Shown piece after piece: positions 54,357 through 64,000 of a stretch of DNA of 64,000 nt; position 1 is the stretch's first letter; every line of letters starts with the position of its first letter. Both the position numbers and the translations under genes were made by a program. Source of the stretch: Veleropilina oligotropha (lineage: Eukaryota); assembly GCA_048128005.1 (NCBI GenBank), contig JBEUKZ010000125.1, forward strand, positions 186,001-250,000, in the 5' to 3' direction. The notes beneath the pieces are model-generated. The model was not told the DNA's origin, searched no databases, and saw nothing but the letters and a program-made list of their open reading frames with translations.

Positions 54357-54895
54357 TTGGGGAGACGTAATGGGATCATCAGAATAGAGAGACAAAATGA
54401 AACCACCCCAACGCAGGAACGTAATGAGATCACCCGAATGGAGGAACGAAATGTGATCATCCGAATGGGGGAACGTAATGAGATCACCCGAATGGGGAAA
54501 CGTATTGAGATCACCCGAATGGGGAACGTAATGAGATCACCCGAATGGGGAAACGTAATGAGATCATCCGAATGGGGGAACGTAATGAGATCACCCGAAT
54601 GGGGAAACGTATTGAGATCACCCGAATGGGGAACGTAATGAGATCACCCGAATGGGGAAACGTAATGAGATCACCCGAATGGGGAAACGTAATGAGATCA
54701 ACCGAATGGGGAACGTAATGAGATCACCCGAATGGGGAGACGTAATAAGATCACCCGAATGGGGAAACGTAACGTGATTACCCGAATAGAGGAACGGAAT
54801 GATATCATCCGAAAAGAGAAACCGAATGTTACGAAAACACTCTAATGAAGGCACGTACAAAGGTCACCCGATTTGGTGACGTGACGAGATCACTG
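54357..54895. repeat. 26/27-bp minisatellite (gaacgtaatgagatcacccgaatgggg)
   Basis: More than a dozen copies, homogeneous in the centre and degenerate at the edges. Confidence 0.95.
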
Positions 54896-55249
54896 TCTTG
54901 GGGGGATTTACTCATACGTTGATTGCACTATTAAAACCTGATTATGTTATTAACAGTTATTACTGTGTGGATGTTATGTGTACTTTGACCATGATTTGTT
55001 TGCAAGATCGTAACTGTGCTTAACAGTCAATTATACAATAATTACATATCAATTTAATGCATGCATAGCAGAGTGTCCAGGACTACTGTTAATTATAAGG
55101 TGGATGAACGCATCTGAGCTGGGGTCTCGAAAGGCGATCAGACGTCCATGACTGTAGACTGAATATTTTGACTTTACCCAGGACTCTAAATGGTCGAATA
55201 TACCAGCTAGGTTGGAGTTGTTATTCTTCCTTTCGACAATCATACATTT

Positions 55250-55545
55250 GCCCAATGCTCGATCTCATCGTTCCAGAATAGTACATTCGACCATCGGCAA
55301 CATAATGCAATAGAAACATTATCATGGCCTGCAAAGAACCCTGATCCCAATACCATTGAACCCACCAGGAACATATTGCGGTGCGAGGTGAGGGACATAT
55401 ATCCTTCTGTGCATATTGTTCAGGATATGACTCTGGTGATGGCACAGGTTTCCACATTTGAGGATCCAGAGACTTGCATCCAGCATAGGAAGACGTGTTC
55501 AGCGTACAATTCGTGCACATGGTGAATACATGCGTAACGTAATGA
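55250..55545 (+). mobile_element. Tc1/mariner transposase C-terminal relic
   Basis: Frameshifted peptides NARSHRSRIV, WPAKNPDPNTIE (cf. WPxxSPDLNPIE) and RIQRLASSIGRRVQRTIRAHGEY. Confidence 0.8.
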
Positions 55546-55840
55546 ATATGGTGTTGAGATGTTGATTAATAATTACAAGCCCGCAAACTACCCTCCGATC
55601 ATTTGCGGAACAGAAGTTATTAGATCTTAATAATATTCTCGTTCTTATATCATTTTTTAATAAATTAATTCAGTGTTTTTATGTCGTACGGAGTACTTGT
55701 TGTCTTTAAATGATACATAATGCATTCATTATACATGAAAAAATATCATGCATAAATTACAGTGTATTCTGTGTCTTACAAAACCGCGTGATACTTAACA
55801 TGCAGAGGTGTACACACACATTATATACCGTATATATAAA

Positions 55841-56130
<290 letters not shown>

Positions 56131-59100
56131 GTGTGTAAACTTACCTATAATGCCAGTTGGGTGTTTTATGTATTGACGATTTTCCTGCTTCCTTTACCGT
56201 TCCCGTCCCCCACTCAGTTGGTTCCAATACATTGTCATCTGGATACGGAAAGAGTTGGAGAGACGTCATAATTATATCGAAACTTTGCTACCTGTCGAGT
56301 TCTAATAATGTCATACCTACTTGGCTAATTCATTCCCCGTCTGTTGACTATGCGTTCGAGTCGCGTTGTCAAGGTAGATTGTTACGCTAATCGGGCGCGA
56401 GGCCAAAGTGATTGACGGCTTTCTATGTAATCAACAAACCGTTGTAAACGACTTGGGCACAACAGAGACATTATAGTAACGTATGCCCCCTTTATTATTA
56501 AGTGTACACGACTTACTACATGGTGTCAATGGGAATAATACACTTATAATACAGTAATAATATACATTAAATATAAAAGCAATGGACATATGTCCTGTTG
56601 TATTTCATGTATAGGTGTTCAATGATTTGTGCAGTAATGAATACTTAATTATTAATTAACGCACAAGTTAATTAGTTCTTTGAATATACTGTCAATACTG
56701 TATCCGTAGTTAAATCGATATAATCAGACGTATAAATGCAGTAAAAATGCTTATACCCACATAATGAGTCAAAGCAGCCAAAATGGAAATCAAATATTGA
56801 AATAATAAAATTCATTTATTGGAAGCAGAGATATATATTTTGGTGTGGATACGATAATTTCAATATGTCGGCGCCTGTTGTCTCTCCCAGAAGATCTTGT
56901 ACAATATCTGCCAATGCAACAGTGCTATGTCATGCAATTGAGAGCTTTAGCAAGTCGTACGCGGGGGAGTTTTGACGGTTTTAGCCATCACAATTCCCCA
57001 TAACCCAGATACAATGTCACACCTCAGCAAGAATGAGCTGATAGTAAATCTACACTGTCGCTTTTCTTTGATGCTAATGGCTTTCCTGCTCTTTGAGGAG
57101 ACATCTGTTACTGGATGGCAAGTGATAGAGGAAGACCATGAGTACAACTGTTTGATATATTTACAACATTTAAAGGATCAGCATGATGACACCAGTCTTC
57201 GCTTGGTTGTTTCGGCCGTGCAGGCAGTGAAGTGAATATGAGCACGGATTTATAATTTATTGTCAGCTCTGTTTAACAGGAATGGGTTCAAATTCTCCCC
57301 TGGCATTATGTGTTCAGCTAACAGTCACATTTGTCCATACCTAATCGATGACGGTAGGGTTTCCTGCGCTAAAGAGCGTTAATACATCCTTTTGTCGTGG
57401 CAGTAACATAGATTGAGAGATTTAGTGTCGCCTGTTTGCTTCGTTGCATCTTGCAGTGAGCATGACTCCTTTGATGCTGTTGTTTTATATTATATTATAT
57501 CTATCAAAGACTAAGTATATGTTGCATACCTTCATATTACCTGCAAGGTATACAATTAAATTGTCAATATTACGTCTATATTATGTATCACTGTCCTAGC
57601 CAATGAACATCCCTCAGTATTTTGGGCTTTTTCATTCGATGGTCATACAGTATTTGAAACTTTGGAGCAAATGACGTTGCTAGCTCTACCTTTTTAATGT
57701 GGATATGTTTTTTGCTAATACCATATTTGTACAATAAGAACACAACATGTGAAAGAAATATTTATTGAATTACATTAAAATAATATATCATATAGTTTGG
57801 CAACTCGGGGACAGTCTAAACGTGCGACCTTATATAATGAATTAATAATAGCGATGGCTATCAAATTTAGAGGCAGCGATTGTTACCGGCGTCCAAGAGG
57901 CAACGATGGTTACTCATGTCGATGAGGCAGCGATGGCTACTCATGTCAACTGTCAACGATGCATTTTAGAAATCAACTAAAGCAAAATGCAAGTAAGGGG
58001 CGTAAATCGGTAACCACTAACAACAGACACCTCAAATTGTAACAAGTGACAGAGTGGGACATTATCTACAACTCTTCTCGATATACTTTGTGTGTTAGAA
58101 CTAATTTGTAGCAATAATTATTGTTCAGAATCAGAAGTTAAAGTCGACGGGACGTTAGGATATTTATGATAGCTCTTTAAATACTTCTAACGCCGTGATA
58201 TAATTTACACCATTAAGCAAGGTTACCGTAATCTACCTTTCTTGAAAATTTCAGGTATATCGCTTTAGTAATTATTAAGTTATTGAGAGTTAAGTATTGT
58301 CTGGTTCATCAAAATTTGTAAATACAAAAATCGAACAGCAAATATATATAGCCTACAATTGCAGCTATATTTAGACATGTGCGAATAGCGCAAACGGTTA
58401 AAGGGTTGTCGAGTAATCTTGAGATCCGGGTCCAATCACGTACGTTACCTCTACTTTTTTTAAATATATATTTACTTAAATTTTGTTGTAACTTGAATTT
58501 TGTTATGATTTGTCATCACATTCTTATGATTGCAATTCATGTTCAGAAATATTTATTTCTGACTTTCACCGTAGTCTTCCTTGGCCCCTGGGCGAGTGTT
58601 TGCAATCTCCTCTGATTGTCCTTGTTTTTGTTTGGATTTTGCTCTATCGTTATTCCGGCATCCGTGACGGATTATATCAAATTGCATGCCAAGATGTTCA
58701 TACAACTACATTCTCCTTTATATATTTAAAACATAAATTGGATGATCAACATCAAAGAAGTACGATATTATATAAGTTGTAACTATGATGATTTGCTGGA
58801 ACGAAACATTAATTTTCGTTTATGAAAAAAAGTCTGTGAAATTGGTATGTATTGAGCTACATTTTATTTTGAATTTCATTTCTGATATGAAGAATGATAG
58901 TGACCATCTATCATATATATGACGTGTTAAATTGCCTCTTTATAGTGGAAATCATGGATCGGTATGGCATTTAAATTTTTCACGTTTTTAATGGGAGTAA
59001 TTAGGGGTGTTGCATCAATCGGTAATTTACGAAAAACACACAAGAGTGCCCTCTTGGCGCCCTCCCGTTTCTGATTTAACATGATCTGTTGAAACAAAAT

Positions 59101-60562
59101 CTAGGTTACAAATACATCGTAAGCGGAAACGGCGCCCGTACGATGCGTATTTTGAAGATGTCGTACGGGCATCGGCGACATCCTACGAATATCGGTGACT
59201 ATTCGCCGATTTTGGGGGCATCGTGGGGTCATCGGCAACTTTTAACGCGGAGTTATAATTTTTGGAAAATCGTACGCTTTTGAATATCAGAAAATCACTG
59301 CAGGAATATCATAGAGCAGGCAGCCGGTCGCACACATTTCGATTTTCCTTACGATATCGTACGCTATATCTACATGTCCCGCTCTGTCTAAAATCGTCTG
59401 GTGTGCAACAGTTGGCTCAGAGTGTGAGAGGTATTAATTATGTAGGCTTACACGACAGGACACGATTTTTCTCTAGCCATATGGGGTACGATATGGTAGG
59501 GTTTTTAACATGTTTAAAAAATGTGGTAAACCCTAACCCTAACCCTAACCCAGGCTAGGTACAAAATCGTGCTCGTTTGGCTGGCTCGACCAGGAACATT
59601 TGAATATTGTAGCTTAATTGAAAAACAATACAAAACAACTGAAACAATACAACGCCAGTAAATTGAGCGAATTTTAATGGCATGCAAATTTTAAAATTTT
59701 GTTTACATATAGTGCACGATTATATTTTAAAAAGGGTCCACGGGAAGAACCAGCGAAATATGACATTGCTGTTTTTTTGTCGTCTCTGTCAACGCCATTA
59801 TTAATAATTAATTATTGTTGATGTAAATATGAACAGAAAGAGGAAATAGTTGACAGTGCATTTGCACATGCGCTGGTTTGTGTGGAGCGTACGCTATCGT
59901 AGGATTTTCATAGACAAACGCAGCGTGTGATATGAGAAATCTACGATTATTTCCCGATGTCGGAGAAGCTGGGCCGCCGTCGATTATCCGCCACCGCACG
60001 GCGACCAAAGTTCCTCTGGACAAATACAAGAAATCTCCTTTGCTAAATGATATGGCATTTCTGAGTGACAGGAGCATGAAAGTGGAATGTTTCGGCCACC
60101 GTTTGACACTCCCAAGATAGTTATTTTGTTCCTGGCACACGCAACTGACTTGCCGATAGTTATTTTCAGCGTACGTCTTTTCGCCGGCACTTGTCATTTA
60201 TACAGTACAATCAAATCACCAAATTCTTCAAAGAACAACTTTACGGGGAAATTGATATCAGGACTTCAGCAGCATGGTGTTTATCTCGAACGACGTTATG
60301 TCGTCACCATCACGAACAAGTCACACACGTAAGTTAGAAGCCCCAATACTACAAAAGGAACCCAGCAACATAAAGGAGTTACCATCTCGGCTAGCTGAAT
60401 CTCGAGCTCCATATCAACGAATGTGTACCAAGGATAGTTCTATGTTTGGCTTGCACGGCAATATTGACTCCACTCTTATAGTATGAATCAGCTATACATG
60501 ACGCCTTATGTCGAAAGTCCAGACAAAGCCTTCATTGCCTTGTTGGGTAGAACCAAGTCAGG

Positions 60563-60818
60563 GAAGGAGGAATGATACTTAATGTCCTGTATATTTACAA
60601 CATCGAGGTTCAAGGCAGGACATGTCCATGTTATCGCGGGAGGAAACCCCGGTCGCCCGGGTAAACCCGCCCTCTTCGGCCAGTCACGGACAACTGTGAT
60701 AACTTGAACAAATTCCAATGCCTCAGCCAGGTATAGAACCCACTACTTTTCGCATTAGCGGAATCAAGCCAGTGAATTTAGAGTGGATACTCTACCCACC
60801 GCGCTGCCGAAGCGGCCT
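60563..60818 (-). mobile_element. tRNA-derived SINE, full length
   Basis: Reverse complement of the same family; TSD gaaccaagtcagg (60550-60562 / 60819-60831). Confidence 0.92.
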
Positions 60819-61574
60819 GAACCAAGTCAGGACCCGAGGTACAGGATGGCTACAAATGAGGCAAAATATAAGATAATCATAAATAGCAGATGTCTACTTG
60901 TTACGAGTAATCTAATTTTCTTGAGAAGAGTTTATTCACTTAATTGGTAATTTTATTGATATGAATCGACCTATAATGTCACGATAATTGCAACATAATT
61001 GTTTAATTTGCAACTAAAGATTGATGCACATTGCGTTACACTGTCAAGCAAGTCATTGGTGTGAATTACCAAAAGCATATTTTGCCAGCATATTTAACAC
61101 ATCCGTAATTTGTTATCTTATTATATTCCCATTATCTAAATAATTGACATACACCAGTATATTTTCATTAAATTTATTTGAACGACAAATAATACAACAT
61201 CAGAATCTCAATAAATAACAATGTAAATACTTCACAATGGCAGACAATAATGTTTGTTTGTTTTTGGCAAATAATGACAATATAGAGTCAACACAAATAA
61301 ATAACACCCTTGAAGTTTAAGTTACGTTATAAATAGAAATGTGAGATGATATGAATGTGTTATATGACACGATGTCCGACTCCGACAACGATGTGAATCC
61401 ATCAAACATCCCAAAATATGATCTGAATTATAAATACACATGGATTCGTCACGATGGCCATCCAACATCATAAACAATTCTCTGAATGATAAATACACAC
61501 GGTAAACAATTTCCAAAACTTCTGAAACAACACTTAAAATTCACTCTTGTTTCAACCCAATAAAGAACACTTAA

Positions 61575-62822
61575 AACTAGAGGAGTTGTTTTTGTGTAAA
61601 CAAAAACATATGTCTCCCCGTTTGAGAGAAATCATTCCCCACTCAGACCTCATGAAGTTCCAAGTCATAATCTATTGAAAATCAATAAGAGAACCCAAAA
61701 TTTTATCGTGCTGCACATGCTTGAAATGTGAACCATGCATCTACAAATAAATGAGAAGGGATACGATTTAACATCTCGAAGAACAAGCCCGGACACGATG
61801 TGGGGATCAAATTAAAGATCATTATGGCAAGTGAAAGGTTATTTTGGGAAAATTTCGCCCCTTTGCATAATGTCATGTAAGGGGTGAATAATTTATGAAA
61901 GGAAATCATGCTGGCATGTATAGGATCTGAGATATAGGCCGGACAAAGTCTGTGTTCTTAAAACTACATTCTTACCTCTGTGACCTTGACCTTTGACCGA
62001 AGAACAAAACTTAATATTGTTACACAATGTACGTACTCTCAGGAAGTACAATCGCGGAAACAAATAGGAAAACAATAAAATGCTCAAATATGGAAATTTT
62101 TTATCGGTCACGTGCCAGGGTCAAAGATGAAAAATGAAGCGTGGGTCCATGATGCATCTATAAAGAAATCTCCGAGAAACAGTCCGGACAAGATTTGGGG
62201 GTTGGAAGGTCAATACAGCAAGGTCAAAGGTAATTTTCTGAAAATTTCACCGCCTTTCACAATGGCACGTTAATGACACCAAAGGAAAAGATGCTGGCAT
62301 GTGAACTGACATATAGTCCAGACCAGGTCTGTATCAGGAAAGTAAATTTTGGCCTCTATTACCTTGACCTTTGACCGAACAACAAACTGAACATTGTTAT
62401 ACAATGCACTCGCCCTCAGGGAAAAATTGGATGGAAAAAAATTAAGAAAACAATAAAATATAGAAATGCCCAAATATGGAAATTTTATGGTCACAGTGCC
62501 AAGGTCAAAGGTGCAAAATTTTAGAGCCGTGCACATGCTTGAAGTGTGGGCCATGCATATACAAAGAAATTAGAAGGATAAGATTTTTAAATCTCCGATA
62601 ACCAGGCCGGACACGATTTCGGGGTCAAAGGTCAAGGTCGAAGGACGTTTTCGCAAAATTTTGCCGAAAAGCACAATGGCATGCTAGGGCGGTTTAGCAT
62701 ACAAAAGAAAATAATGCTGGCATGTATAGGACCCGAGATCTAGCCCGGACAAGAAAAGTGAGGAAGAAGGAGAATGGAGTGTAAAACAATACGTCTCTCT
62801 CATCCTTCGGATGGGGAGACAG
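61575..62822 (-). mobile_element. HINE/Helentron-like element, related to 7108-7954
   Basis: Terminal aactag + hairpin + tgtctcccc; opposite end gtctctctcatcc..ggatggggagac hairpin; internal duplicated gaccttgacctttgacc units. Confidence 0.75.
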
Positions 62823-62868
62823 TGGATTTTGTACCAATGTAAATTAAAGATTTATTCCTTTGAATACA

Positions 62869-63129
62869 GGCCGCTTCGGCAGCGCAGTGGGTAGAGTGTC
62901 CACTGTAAATTCACTGGCTTGATTCCGCTAATGCGAACAGTAGTGGGTTCAATACCTGGCAGAGGCATGGAAATTTGTTCAATTTATGAATCACAGTTGT
63001 CCGTGACTGGCAGAAGAGGGCGGGTTTACCCGGGCGACCGGGGTTTCGTCCCGCGATAACACGGACATGTCCTGCCTTGAACCTCGATGTTGTAAATATA
63101 CAGGACATTAAGCATCATTCCTCCCTCCC
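62869..63129 (+). mobile_element. tRNA-derived SINE, full length
   Basis: TSD tcctttgaataca (62856-62868 / 63130-63142). Confidence 0.92.
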
Positions 63130-64000
63130 TCCTTTGAATACATCACTATGTTTTTATGGTAAAAATACAGACTGATGAAAATGATATCTCGGTGTCAATA
63201 AAACACACTGTCGAAGTTAAAAATATGAATGAAATCCAATCCTACAAGACATCCTGGCGGATATATACAACCATCATGTTACAGTCATGAGTGGACAATC
63301 TTTTCACCGAAGGCAAACATCTGATTCATCAATCTCCATCAGGCAGTCAGTCACATAATACACGTATATCAAAGGTATAAACAACAATTATATCACCAAA
63401 AATGACTATATCACAAAATTCATGAAATGTGTAGTTTCACACAAATTAATACCATGATCTGAGATGTTTAAAAATATCGTAATATAAATTCTCTATATCA
63501 ATAATAAACAAGAAGATCTGTACAGGTAACAATTCAATATGCATCCGGATTACCCATGATGCATCATCACCAGTTAATTCTGGAAGCCATCAAAACCAAA
63601 ACAATCATCGTTATATGACATTTACGGAAAATAAATATGTCCATGCGTACCGCGAATGATACAGTGCGCGTCCCGTCGCGGTTGCATTAATTATATTGAC
63701 CCTAGCTGTTCAGAGGGAACAGACACAATTTTGCGCAATTCTCGCCTCTTTCCATAGGAGAGCATATGCCCTGTACAAATCAAATGCCAATGCGACAACC
63801 ATGTATGTTCAAATATTTACAAAGGTGAAACAAAGAGCATCGACTATGTGCCCAAAAGGATTACAGAAAAATAGACACAAATATACCATAATCTTACAAT
63901 AATCCACTATTAAATAACATTTACACAATAAGTGACAACTGACCATTACAAAGTTTAGCCACATGGATCGAGATTTCTTGCATTAGTCGGGATAAATGAA

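Noticed and set aside
55221..55520. 99-aa minus-strand ORF as a candidate SPMIP4 first exon
   Set aside because: No C7orf31 similarity; it is the antisense of a Tc1 transposase relic.
59800..60540. Coding-looking region with several short ORFs
   Set aside because: No continuous frame or recognisable motif; probably a decayed TE.

Overview
Repeat-rich, AT-rich animal genomic DNA, most likely a mollusc or other lophotrochozoan, judged from the Meta-type SINEs, Helentron/HINE-type elements and gene content. Two spliced genes converge tail to tail. (1) On the + strand is a ~1004-aa divergent MEIS/PREP-related TALE homeobox gene with six coding exons (9241-32559): a long low-complexity N-terminus, a divergent MEINOX-like domain and a C-terminal homeodomain with atypical recognition residues (H5, Y47, T50). 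(2) On the - strand is an SPMIP4/C7orf31 (DUF4555) ortholog with six exons found (52054-41271); its 5' exons were not located. The rest is SINEs (five young copies with TSDs), HINE-type elements, MITEs (Kolobok-, Harbinger-, piggyBac-, hAT-, Sola- and Mutator-like), LINE and Tc1 relics, minisatellites and (TA)n tracts. The most striking signal is that three of the first four splice junctions of the TALE gene sit inside their own unrelated tandem repeats. These repeats copy the exon edge plus the splice site into the intron, making arrays of decoy donors and acceptors. All calls come from manual reading; no database searches were run.
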